A stretch of 64,000 nucleotides of DNA from Acidobacteriaceae bacterium (GTDB lineage: Bacteria > Acidobacteriota > Terriglobia > Terriglobales > Acidobacteriaceae), in contig JAICYR010000001.1 of NCBI GenBank assembly GCA_025934135.1, positions 16,117 to 80,116 of the forward strand, given 5' to 3'. Position numbers and translations under genes: made by a program. Numbering within the stretch: the stretch's first letter is position 1; every line of letters begins with the position of its first letter. Below, piece by piece: positions 48,080-57,344 of this stretch. The notes beneath the pieces are model-generated. The model did no database searches, was not told where the DNA came from, and saw only the letters and a program-made list of their open reading frames with translations.

Positions 48080-49222
48080 CTATCTTGTGGAGACCGTCAC
48101 CGCTGTCGTCTCGTTCGCCTTCATGTAATTGCCGTAGCCAACAACCATGGTCGAGACCACCAGCACCAGCAGCCCGGCCCACACCAGTCCGCGCGCCCGG
48201 CGGCTCGTGCCGCGCCACTCCTTCAGCGCGAAGCCCCAGATCGTCCCGAAAATAATGATGCTGGCCATATGCAGCGTCCAACTGGAGAAATCATATTTCC
48301 CCATCTTCGTCTCGCCCATGCTGTAGAAGAAAAACTGGAAGTACCAGATCACTCCGGCGAGCGCCGCCAACGAATAGTTCATCACCATCATCGCGGCCTT
48401 CAGGCGTTCCCGCCGCCCGAGGAGCCGCGGCTCATCCACCGTCGGTGCGGGCGCTCCGGCCAGTTGATTCGCTGAGCGATTGCGCGCCAGCAGAATCACG
48501 CACCAAATGAAATTGGTCGTGAACCCTCCCCACAGCACCACCACCAGCACCGGAAGGTTCTGCCACAGGTCGGCCCCATGATGAATCAGAAGCTGGCCCC
48601 GCGCGACCTCCGCAATCGGCTTGCCTGAAGCCAGTCCGTAGGCGAAGCACGCGCTCATCACTCCGGAGAGAATCGAGACCGCGATTCCCTTTCCATACTG
48701 GAACTCCTCGACCGAAGCCTGCTTCTCCTCCGTGGTCAATTCTTTTTCCTTGGCCCTGCCCGCCCAGCCGCTGAAAAAAATTCCGATCACGCAGATTCCG
48801 ATCCCCGCCAGAATCACCTGCCCCGGTGCATGATGCACGATTGCGCCGATCTCTCCGCTGAAAATCGGCGGCATCAACGTGCCGAAGACCGCGCACAGGC
48901 CAATCACAATCGGATACGCCAGCGCAAAACCCAGATACCGGATCGACAGCCCGCAGGTCAGCCCGCCAATGCCCCACAGGCATCCCCAAAAATACGAGTA
49001 GTAGAGGCTCGACGCGGGCGATGCCTGCAGGATCCCGAACAGGTTCGGCACCAGCGCCAGCGCAATGGCCATCGGTGCGATGATCCAGCTAAAGACGCCC
49101 TGCACCAGCCAGTAGGTCTCCCACGACCAGCGCTTGATGCCCTTGAAAGGCACATAGCAGCTTGCGGACGCCAACCCGCCCAGCCAGTGATACACAACTC
49201 CCAGAAACGGATTGGCTCCCAA
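48080..49222 (-). CDS. rhaT: L-rhamnose/proton symporter
   Basis: WSWE.YW...G.FSW, LWG.GGL..GL..RYLG, WY.QFFFY.MG, SSW.LHM, LKEW. TTG start after GAGGAG. Confidence 0.92.
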   Translation of the reverse strand: MGANPFLGVVYHWLGGLASASCYVPFKGIKRWSWETYWLVQGVFSWIIAPMAIALALVPNLFGILQASPASSLYYSYFWGCLWGIGGLTCGLSIRYLGFALAYPIVIGLCAVFGTLMPPIFSGEIGAIVHHAPGQVILAGIGICVIGIFFSGWAGRAKEKELTTEEKQASVEEFQYGKGIAVSILSGVMSACFAYGLASGKPIAEVARGQLLIHHGADLWQNLPVLVVVLWGGFTTNFIWCVILLARNRSANQLAGAPAPTVDEPRLLGRRERLKAAMMVMNYSLAALAGVIWYFQFFFYSMGETKMGKYDFSSWTLHMASIIIFGTIWGFALKEWRGTSRRARGLVWAGLLVLVVSTMVVGYGNYMKANETTAVTVSTR

Positions 49223-49425
49223 TCGATTCCAGCTCCTCTATTCGCCAAGAATACTTGGCATCATCATAATGAAGCCGGATAGCCTCTGGAAATTTAATTT
49301 CTATTGAACTCGCCTAAAGCCGCCAGTGCCAAAATTAGCTGTCGAAACCCGCTGCTGATCTGGTAATCTATCCGATGTTTCAATAGATATTTATTCTCAT
49401 CTGTAAATTTGGAACGGTAAAACAC

Positions 49426-50610
49426 ATGCGGGAACAAGAAAAAGCGGATCGCATCCACAAAGCTCTGGACACCTTTCGCATCGAGCTGCCTTCCTGGGGA
49501 TTCGCCAACACCGGCACCCGTTTCGGCAAGTATCTTCAACCCGCCGCCGCCTCCAGCCTCGAAGAAAAATTCGCCGACGCAGGCATGGTGCATCAGCTTA
49601 CCGGAGCCAGCCCCTCGCTCGCCTTGCATGTCGAATGGGACCTGCCGCGCGGCCTCGGCGATGTTCCCGAAGTTCGCTCCCTTGAGAAAAAATACGGCCT
49701 CCGCGCCGGGTCCATCAATCCCAATCTCTTCCAGTCACAGGACTACAAATTCGGCTCCATCTGCAATCCCGATCCGGCCATTCGCGCTAAAGCGACCGAT
49801 CACCTGCTGCTCTCGGTCGAACTAGGCAAACGGCTCGGCTCGTGCGATCTTTCCCTCTGGGTCGCGGACGGCTCGAATTATCCCGGCACGCAGAGCATTC
49901 GCAAACGCATTGAGTGGATGACCGAGGCGCTCACAACGGCCCACGCCGCGCTCGCCCCCAACCAGCGCATGTTGATCGAGTACAAGCCTTTCGAGCCGGC
50001 CTTCTACCACACCGACATCGCCGACTGGGGCATGGCCACGGAGCTCGCCCGCGCCGCCGGCCCTCAGGCTCGCGTCCTTGTCGACACCGGTCATCATTAT
50101 CAGGGCCAGAACATTGAGCAGATCGTCGCTTGGCTGCTGCACCTCAACCTGCTTGGCGGATTCCACTTCAACGACCGCCGTTATGCCGACGACGACCTCA
50201 CCCTCGGCTCCATCGACCCCTATCAGGTCTTCCGAATCTTCCACGAAATCCTGAACGATCCCGCCGCCATCTCCAGCGTCGCCTTTATGATCGATCAGAG
50301 CCATAACCTCAAGGGAAAAATCGAAGCCATGGTCCAGACCGTCTGCACCGCGCAGGAGTTGTTCGCCCGCGCCGCTCTTGTCGACCGTGAGCGCCTCGCT
50401 GAACTTCAGCAATCATGCAGTCTTGTCGAGGCGGAAGAGTTGTTCCGCTCCGCTTTCTGGGAAGATGTGCGGCCGGTTGTCCGCGAATGGCGACGCGCTC
50501 ACAAGCTCAACGAAGACCCGCTGCAGGCTCTCGCCGAATCCGGCTACGTCGATCGCATTGCCCGCGAGCGCGGAGAGAAAAACGCCTGCGCCGCCGCTTC
50601 CTACGCATGA
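49426..50610 (+). CDS. rhaI: L-rhamnose isomerase (RhaI type)
   Basis: IELPSWGF.N.GTRF, EYKPFEP.FY.TD..DWG, VDTGHH, GGFHFND..Y.DDDL, DQSHN. Confidence 0.9.
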   Translation: MREQEKADRIHKALDTFRIELPSWGFANTGTRFGKYLQPAAASSLEEKFADAGMVHQLTGASPSLALHVEWDLPRGLGDVPEVRSLEKKYGLRAGSINPNLFQSQDYKFGSICNPDPAIRAKATDHLLLSVELGKRLGSCDLSLWVADGSNYPGTQSIRKRIEWMTEALTTAHAALAPNQRMLIEYKPFEPAFYHTDIADWGMATELARAAGPQARVLVDTGHHYQGQNIEQIVAWLLHLNLLGGFHFNDRRYADDDLTLGSIDPYQVFRIFHEILNDPAAISSVAFMIDQSHNLKGKIEAMVQTVCTAQELFARAALVDRERLAELQQSCSLVEAEELFRSAFWEDVRPVVREWRRAHKLNEDPLQALAESGYVDRIARERGEKNACAAASYA

Positions 50611-50664
50611 GCGTGATCGTTTCATTAGAGGAAACAACGCACACCGGTGCTAAACTTTTCCGTA

Positions 50665-51801
50665 ATGAAATCAGGCTCGAAGAAGAAGGACCACAAAAAA
50701 GCCACTAAGCGCCTCTACCTTATCCCCATCCTGTCCAAGGCATTGGACATTATCGAGCTGCTCCAGACGGAAAAATCTCCCATGGGGCTTGAGGCGATCT
50801 ATCAGCGCACCCGTTTTTCCAAAACAAGCGTCTACCGCATCCTGCAAACCCTGGTGCATCGCGGATATGTCGCGCGGACCAGCGATGGCCTCTACCGCCT
50901 CGTAAGCCTGCCCATGAAGATGCGTTTCGGCTTCGCTAGCCAGAGCGCCGAAATGCCTTTCTCCGAAGCCGTGACCGCAAGCCTGAGATCTGCCGCAGCC
51001 GCTTCCGGCGTTGACCTTCAGGTACTCGACAACAAATACGACGCCGCCACCGCCCTCAAGAATGCCGAGGATTTCGTGCGCTCGCAGGTCGATCTCATCA
51101 TTGAATTTCAAATCGACCGCCAGATTGCTCCGGTCATCGCCGACAAAATCGCCGCCGCCGGGATTCCTCTCATCGCCATCGACATCCCGCATCCGCACGC
51201 CACCTTCTTCGGAGTGGACAACTACCGCGTCGGTTTTGACGCCGGCGAAATGCTTGCCGAGCACGCGCTGAGCGCGTGGGGTGGAAAGGCATGCTGGGTC
51301 CTCGGGCTCGATCTCGAAGAGGCCGGGACCCTCGTCCAGAGCCGCATAACCGGCGCCTTCGACGGAGTGCGCTCCAAGCTCCCCAACCTGCCGGTCGAGT
51401 CGTTCGTCCGCATCGATGGCCGCGGGATGCGCGACAAAAGCCACCGCGTGGTAATGGATTTTCTCTCCCGCCATCCTCGCGATCGCAACATCCTGATCGC
51501 GGCCGCCACCGATACCAGCGCCCTTGGCGCGCTCGATGCGGTCAAGGAATCCAGGCGCGCAAAGCACGTCGCCATTATCGGTCAGGACTGCATTCCCGAA
51601 GTCGCCGAGCAGATGCTGCTACCCGGCAGCCCCATCATCGGCTCCGTCTCGCACGAAGCGCAGAACTACGGCCCGCGCATCATCGAAATCGCGCTCTCGC
51701 TCCTGCGCGGACGCACCGTCCCGCCCTACAACTACGTCAGCCATAAGCTCATCACGCCGGAGATGCTTCGCACCGCCCCGAACGGCCATAGTTCCCTATA
51801 G
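50665..51801 (+). CDS. Transcriptional regulator: IclR-type HTH fused to a periplasmic-binding-protein-like sugar domain
   Basis: N-terminal KALDIIE...SKTSVYRILQTL..RGY. C-terminal LDN.YD, GIP.IAID, GVDNY..G..AG RbsB/LacI-like domain. No signal peptide. Confidence 0.78.
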   Translation: MKSGSKKKDHKKATKRLYLIPILSKALDIIELLQTEKSPMGLEAIYQRTRFSKTSVYRILQTLVHRGYVARTSDGLYRLVSLPMKMRFGFASQSAEMPFSEAVTASLRSAAAASGVDLQVLDNKYDAATALKNAEDFVRSQVDLIIEFQIDRQIAPVIADKIAAAGIPLIAIDIPHPHATFFGVDNYRVGFDAGEMLAEHALSAWGGKACWVLGLDLEEAGTLVQSRITGAFDGVRSKLPNLPVESFVRIDGRGMRDKSHRVVMDFLSRHPRDRNILIAAATDTSALGALDAVKESRRAKHVAIIGQDCIPEVAEQMLLPGSPIIGSVSHEAQNYGPRIIEIALSLLRGRTVPPYNYVSHKLITPEMLRTAPNGHSSL

Positions 51802-51844
51802 AAATAGTTGCTGTATTGTTTTTTGTATGTTAAACAGAGAGGGA

Positions 51845-54058
51845 ATGCAAAACGACCGCCCTCTGAAACTCCACTTCCTCGAAGACCGCTGGGACGAGAA
51901 AACCGCCGCCGCGCTCGACGACCCGGACCTGCTCCGCTACCGCTCCAACCTGCTCGGCTCCGATCTGCGCATCACCAACTTCGGAGGTGGCAACACCAGT
52001 TCCAAGCTCGAGCAGCCGGACCCGCTCGACGGCTTCCCGCGCAAAGTCCTTTGGGTCAAAGGCAGCGGCGGAGATCTCGGCACCATTCAGCGCGGCGGCT
52101 TCGCCACGCTTTATCTCGACAAGCTGCTCTCGCTCGAGTCACGGTATCGCGGCGTGCAGTTTGAAGATGAAATGGTGGACCTGTACCCGCTCTGCGCCTT
52201 TGGCCGCAACAGCGTCGCTCCATCCATCGACACGCCTCTGCACGGCTTCCTGCCTTTTCCCCACGTGGACCATCTCCATCCAGACTGGGGCATCGCGCTC
52301 GCCGCCGCCGCCAATGGCCGCGAAAAAATGGCCGAATTCAACCAGCGCTTCGGCCATCATCTTGTCTGGCTTCCCTGGCAGCGCCCGGGCTTTGAGCTGG
52401 GAATGATGCTTCGCAAGGCCGCCACCGAGAACCCCGGCTGCGACGGCATCGTCCTCGGCGGACACGGCCTGTTCACCTGGGGAGACACCCCGCGCGAGTG
52501 CTACCGCAACACCCTCGCCATAATCGACCAGCTTGGGCAATTCGTCGTCGAACACGCCGAGAAGCTCTGCGGCAAGCTCTTCGGCGGCCCCCTAGTCGAA
52601 ACCCACCCCGACCAGCAGGAAATTGCGCTCTCCATATTTCCTTACATCCGTGGGCGAGTCTCCGCGCAAAAGCGCCTCATCGGGACCTTCACCGGTTCAG
52701 AGGAAGTCCTTCGCTTCGTCAACTCCCGCGACGCGGAACGGCTCGCGTATTTGGGCACAAGCTGCCCCGACCACTTCGTCCGCACAAAAATCCGTCCGCT
52801 GTACGTGCCCTGGAATCCGTCTGAAAGCGTCGAGGCCCTTCGCTCGAAAGTCGACGCCGCGCTCGAAGGCTATCGCCGCGATTACGAAGCTTACTACCGC
52901 AAGTTCGCTGACTCTTCCTCGCCAGCCCTGCGCGATCCGAACCCAACTGTCGTGCTCATTCCCGGCATCGGCATGTTCAGCTTCGGCAAAAACAAGACCG
53001 AGTCCCGAATCACCGGAGAGTTCTACGTCAACGCCATCCACGTTATGGAAGGCGCGTCATCGCTCCAGTCCGGAAACCCGCCCGCGACGCTTCCGCAGTC
53101 CGGCCCCGCCGCCGACACTTCACTCTTCCAGGTTCACTCCAACTACGTTGCGCTGCCGCTCTCCGAGGCATTTCGCATTGAGTACTGGGCGCTCGAAGAG
53201 GCAAAGCTCCGACGCCAGCCGCCGGAAAAGGAACTCAGCCGCCAGATCGCTTTGGTTGTTGGCGGAGGCAGCGGCATCGGGCGCGAAGTCGCCCGCCTGG
53301 CCTGCGAGCGCGGCGCGCACGTCATCATCGCCGATCGCGACCTTGAAGCCGCCAAGCAGTCGCTGTGCGAAGCCTCTCCCGCCGCCGGAAAAGAAAGTGC
53401 GCTGGCCCTTCCCATCGACATCACGAGTCGAGAAGCCATCCGGCAGGCGATTCGACAGACCGTCTCCCACTATGGCGGAATCGACATTCTCGTCAACACC
53501 GCCGCGCTCTTTCCTTCTTCACCCGATGCCCGCATCCGCGACGAGCAGTGGGCCTCTACTCTTGCGATTAACGTCACGGCCAACCATCTTCTCGTCGACG
53601 AGGCATCCAAAATTTTCACCGATCAGGACCTGGACGTTTCCATCGTTCTCACCAGTTCCGCCAACGCCGTTGTCGCCAAGCGCGGCAGCGAAGCTTACGA
53701 CGTCAGCAAGGCCGCGGTCAGTCATCTCATCCGCGAAATGGCCGTAAGCCTCGCTCCTAAAGTTCGCGTCAACGGAATCAGCCCCGCGACTGTTGTGAGG
53801 GGTTCGACCATGTTCCCGCGCGACCGCGTCATCGCCTCGCTGACCAAATACAACATCGCCTTCGATCCATCCTCCAGCGACGACGAACTCCGCAACCTTC
53901 TCGCCGGCTTTTACGCTAAGAGGACCCTAACCCATCAGCCCATCGATCCAGTCGATTGCGCCAACGCCATTCTTTTTCTCGCCGGACCCCAGGCCCGCTG
54001 CACCTCAGGACATCTGATTCCTGTTGACGGAGGTCTCGTCGAGGCGTTCCTGCGATGA
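51845..54058 (+). CDS. rhaD: Bifunctional rhamnulose-1-phosphate aldolase/short-chain dehydrogenase
   Basis: YRSNLLGSD..ITNFGGGNTS, VKGSGGD, HLHPD, SCPDHF.RTK, EYW.LEEAKL, C-terminal SDR GGGSGIG...YDVSK. Confidence 0.92.
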   Translation: MQNDRPLKLHFLEDRWDEKTAAALDDPDLLRYRSNLLGSDLRITNFGGGNTSSKLEQPDPLDGFPRKVLWVKGSGGDLGTIQRGGFATLYLDKLLSLESRYRGVQFEDEMVDLYPLCAFGRNSVAPSIDTPLHGFLPFPHVDHLHPDWGIALAAAANGREKMAEFNQRFGHHLVWLPWQRPGFELGMMLRKAATENPGCDGIVLGGHGLFTWGDTPRECYRNTLAIIDQLGQFVVEHAEKLCGKLFGGPLVETHPDQQEIALSIFPYIRGRVSAQKRLIGTFTGSEEVLRFVNSRDAERLAYLGTSCPDHFVRTKIRPLYVPWNPSESVEALRSKVDAALEGYRRDYEAYYRKFADSSSPALRDPNPTVVLIPGIGMFSFGKNKTESRITGEFYVNAIHVMEGASSLQSGNPPATLPQSGPAADTSLFQVHSNYVALPLSEAFRIEYWALEEAKLRRQPPEKELSRQIALVVGGGSGIGREVARLACERGAHVIIADRDLEAAKQSLCEASPAAGKESALALPIDITSREAIRQAIRQTVSHYGGIDILVNTAALFPSSPDARIRDEQWASTLAINVTANHLLVDEASKIFTDQDLDVSIVLTSSANAVVAKRGSEAYDVSKAAVSHLIREMAVSLAPKVRVNGISPATVVRGSTMFPRDRVIASLTKYNIAFDPSSSDDELRNLLAGFYAKRTLTHQPIDPVDCANAILFLAGPQARCTSGHLIPVDGGLVEAFLR

Positions 54059-55464
54059 GCCCGCAACACCGCGCCGTCGTCGCTATTGATCTTGGCGCGG
54101 AGAGCTGCCGTGTCTCGCTCCTCCGCTGGAACGGCGGCAATCCTGAAGTCACGCTCGCGCACCGCTTCCCGAACGGGCCGGTGCAGCACGAGGACAATCT
54201 CCGCTGGGACCTCGACGCAATCTGGACAGGAATCAACGAAGGCCTGCGCCGCGCAGCCGATCTCGCTCCCGAGGGTATCGCCTCTATCGGCGTGGATGGA
54301 TGGGCCGTTGACTACGTACGGCTCAATCCCGAGGGGCAGCCGCTCGCGCCGCCCTTTTGCTATCGTGACCCTCGCAACGCAGCCGCTGAAGCGCACGCGC
54401 TCCAGAAAATCAGCGCCGAGCGCCTGTATCAACTCACCGGCATTCAGAGTCTCAGCTTCAACACTCTCTACCAACTCTGTGCCGACAACGCTTCGGGTAT
54501 AAGCCGCAGCGCGCCCTGGATCAATCTGCCCGAATACATTCTTTACCGGCTCGGCGGACGCAGGGTCTCCGAATACACCAACGCCACGCATACCGGCCTT
54601 ATCGATCTGGAAACCCAAAAATGGTCCCCGGAGATTTTCTCCGCACTCGGCCTCAACCTCGCCGCCGCGCCCGAACTCGTTTCCCCCGGCAAAGATATAG
54701 GCAAGCTCTCCGGCCCGCTCGCCGCGCTTCTTGCCTTCCGCAACACGCGCCTCATCGCTCCCGCCTGTCACGACACTGCCTCCGCCATCGCCGGAGTTCC
54801 CGCGAGCGACGGCACTTGGGCCTACATCAGTTCCGGAACCTGGTCTCTCGTCGGTGCCATTCTGCCCCGCGCCTGCACCCAGGCGGGCACTCGCGAGCGC
54901 GGCTTCACGAATCTTGGAGCCGCCGGAGGAGGCGTTTGCTTCCACGTCAATGTCAACGGAATGTGGCTGCTCTCGCAGTGCATGAAGCGTTGGCGCGAAC
55001 AGGGAGCATCACTAGATCTCCACTCCCTCATTGCCGACGCGGAAAAGCTTCCTCCGCCCGGCCCTCTGCTTCAGGTCGATGATCCCGAACTGCTTCTGCC
55101 CGGCGACATGCCCCATCGCATCAATCTTCAGCGGCAGCGCCTCGATCTGGCCGCATTGCCCGAATCTCCCGCTTCCGCGCCCGCCTTCGCCAGCCTCATC
55201 TTTCACAGCCTCGCCGCGCGTTACGCGGAGATACTTTCCGCTCTCCCCACTCGACCCGATGAAATCTTCATCGTCGGCGGAGGAAGCCGCAATCGATTCC
55301 TGAACCGGCTCACCGAGAAAGCATCCGGGATCCGTGTCTCCGTGGGGTACGTCGAAAGCTCCACGATCGGGAACTTCGCCATCCAGCTCGCGGCGCTGAA
55401 TCAATTCGCTCGACCAACTGCGGAGAACATCGCTTACTGGGCGCGGGTTCTCAAAGATGCATAA
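54055..55464 (+). CDS. rhaB: Rhamnulokinase (FGGY family)
   Basis: AIDLGAESCR, GVDGWAVDY, YRD.R, HDTASA, SSGTWSL.G, VGGGS.N. Confidence 0.9.
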   Translation: MSPQHRAVVAIDLGAESCRVSLLRWNGGNPEVTLAHRFPNGPVQHEDNLRWDLDAIWTGINEGLRRAADLAPEGIASIGVDGWAVDYVRLNPEGQPLAPPFCYRDPRNAAAEAHALQKISAERLYQLTGIQSLSFNTLYQLCADNASGISRSAPWINLPEYILYRLGGRRVSEYTNATHTGLIDLETQKWSPEIFSALGLNLAAAPELVSPGKDIGKLSGPLAALLAFRNTRLIAPACHDTASAIAGVPASDGTWAYISSGTWSLVGAILPRACTQAGTRERGFTNLGAAGGGVCFHVNVNGMWLLSQCMKRWREQGASLDLHSLIADAEKLPPPGPLLQVDDPELLLPGDMPHRINLQRQRLDLAALPESPASAPAFASLIFHSLAARYAEILSALPTRPDEIFIVGGGSRNRFLNRLTEKASGIRVSVGYVESSTIGNFAIQLAALNQFARPTAENIAYWARVLKDA

Positions 55465-55487
55465 TTGCATGAGGAACCTCCGCCTTC

Positions 55488-57344
55488 ATGAAATTGATCC
55501 GTAACTTTACGACCTCCCTGCTTGCGCGCAGCGTTCTGGCCTTGCTGCTTTTGGCGCCGTTGTGCGCGACCGCCGCCCCAAAGCATCCACGCGCCGTTAG
55601 CGCCGCCGGCGGACATTTCATCGTCAACGACAAGCCGGTACAAATCATCTCCGGTTCTGTCCATTACACGCGCATTCCCCGGCCCTATTGGCGGGCCCGG
55701 CTGCAAATGGCAAGAGCCATGGGTCTCAACGCAATCTCCGTCTACGTCTTCTGGAACGTGCATGAGCCGCGCCCCGGCCAGTGGAATTTCTCCGGTCAAT
55801 ACGATGTTGCGGAGTTCGTTCGCATGGCGCAGCAGGCCGGACTGTACGTCATCCTGCGCCCCGGCCCTTACGTATGTGCCGAGTGGAGCTTGGGCGGCTA
55901 TCCGGCGTGGCTGCTCAAGAACGGCAAGATGCGCGTGCGCACGACCGACCCCGCGTATCTGCGCGCGGCGCAAGACTACCTGAATCACCTCGGGCAACAA
56001 CTCAAGCCTCTGCTCTGGACCAACGGCGGCCCCATCCTCGCCGTCCAGGTTGAAAACGAATACGGCTCCTTCGGCAAAAACAAGCAGTATCTGGAAGCCG
56101 TCAAGCACATGGTCATCAAGGCTGGCCTTGGAGACGCACTCCTTTACACAGCCGACGGCCCCGGCCTGTGGGGAGGCGCGCTGCCGGAACTGCCGGAAGC
56201 CATCGATGTCGGTCCTGGTTCCGTGCAGGATGGGTTCAAGAGGCTGCTTGAGTTTCGCCCCCACTCTAGCCTCATGTACGTGGCCGAATACTATCCCGGA
56301 TGGTTCGACTCGTGGGGCCAGCGGCACCAGAAGGGCGCGCCGGTTGCCAAGCAGATCCAGGACCTCGACTGGATTCTCTCCCACGGCTACTCGGTCAACC
56401 TTTATATGTTTCATGGCGGCACCGACTGGGGATTTCTAAATGGGGCTAACGACAACAAACAAGGGTATCAGCCGGAAACGACAAGTTACGACTACTCCGC
56501 GCCGCTGAATGAAGCCGGCGATCCAACGCCCGAGTATTACGCCTTTCGCGAATTTTTGCGGAAGTACGCGCCCAACCACACGCTGCCGCCCGTTCCAGCG
56601 CAGGTCCCGCTTATTCAGGTCGCTCCATTCAAGCTGTCGGTTGCCGCCTCACTCTGGAACAATCTCCCCACCCCGCGCCACAGCAAGTCGCCGCTGAACT
56701 TCGATCTGTTCAATATGCAGACGGGCTACATGCTCTATCGCAGGCAAATTAACGGGCCGGTAAAAGGGGCTCTCGACATTGGAAAAGCTCGTGACTATGC
56801 CGTCGTCTACCTCAACGGGCATCGCGTAGGAACGCTCGACCGCAGACTCAATCAGCATGAGCTAAACATCAACGCGCTCGGCCCCACCGTGCAACTCGAC
56901 ATTCTGGTCGAAGACACCGGGCGCGTGAATTACGGCCCGCACTTCCCCACCGACCACAAGGGTCTGGTCTCCCCTGTCCTGCTGAACGGCGCGCCAATCT
57001 ATAACTGGGACAATTACGCATTGCCGCTGGAGCAAGCCCCCTCACCGCAGTGGTCAAAGGCGGCAGTGTCCGGCCCCGCCTTTCATCAAGGCAGCTTCAC
57101 GCTCGACAACGTCGGCGACACATTTCTCGACGTGAGCCAGTTGGGCAAGGGGCTGCTCTGGGTCAACGGACACGCCATCGGCCGCATCTGGAGGATCGGC
57201 CCGCAGCAGTCGGATTACGTGCCCGCCTGCTGGCTGCACAAGGGATCGAACACCGTCACGGTGTTTGATCTGGACGATGAAGCCGCGCCTGAAATTTCAG
57301 GCAAAGCCGAACAGGTATACGAACTGCGAACGGCGACGAACTAA
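55488..57344 (+). CDS. GH35 beta-galactosidase
   Basis: SG..HY.R, YVFWN.HE, RPGPY.CAEW, GGPIL.VQVENEYG, EYY.GWF, YMFHGGT, TSYDY.APL.E.G. Confidence 0.94.
   Translation: MKLIRNFTTSLLARSVLALLLLAPLCATAAPKHPRAVSAAGGHFIVNDKPVQIISGSVHYTRIPRPYWRARLQMARAMGLNAISVYVFWNVHEPRPGQWNFSGQYDVAEFVRMAQQAGLYVILRPGPYVCAEWSLGGYPAWLLKNGKMRVRTTDPAYLRAAQDYLNHLGQQLKPLLWTNGGPILAVQVENEYGSFGKNKQYLEAVKHMVIKAGLGDALLYTADGPGLWGGALPELPEAIDVGPGSVQDGFKRLLEFRPHSSLMYVAEYYPGWFDSWGQRHQKGAPVAKQIQDLDWILSHGYSVNLYMFHGGTDWGFLNGANDNKQGYQPETTSYDYSAPLNEAGDPTPEYYAFREFLRKYAPNHTLPPVPAQVPLIQVAPFKLSVAASLWNNLPTPRHSKSPLNFDLFNMQTGYMLYRRQINGPVKGALDIGKARDYAVVYLNGHRVGTLDRRLNQHELNINALGPTVQLDILVEDTGRVNYGPHFPTDHKGLVSPVLLNGAPIYNWDNYALPLEQAPSPQWSKAAVSGPAFHQGSFTLDNVGDTFLDVSQLGKGLLWVNGHAIGRIWRIGPQQSDYVPACWLHKGSNTVTVFDLDDEAAPEISGKAEQVYELRTATN

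Noticed and set aside
51524-51844. N-terminal extension of the 844-aa rhaD ORF
   Set aside because: It overlaps the regulator gene. Recognisable sequence begins after ATG 51845, which follows a GAGGG RBS.
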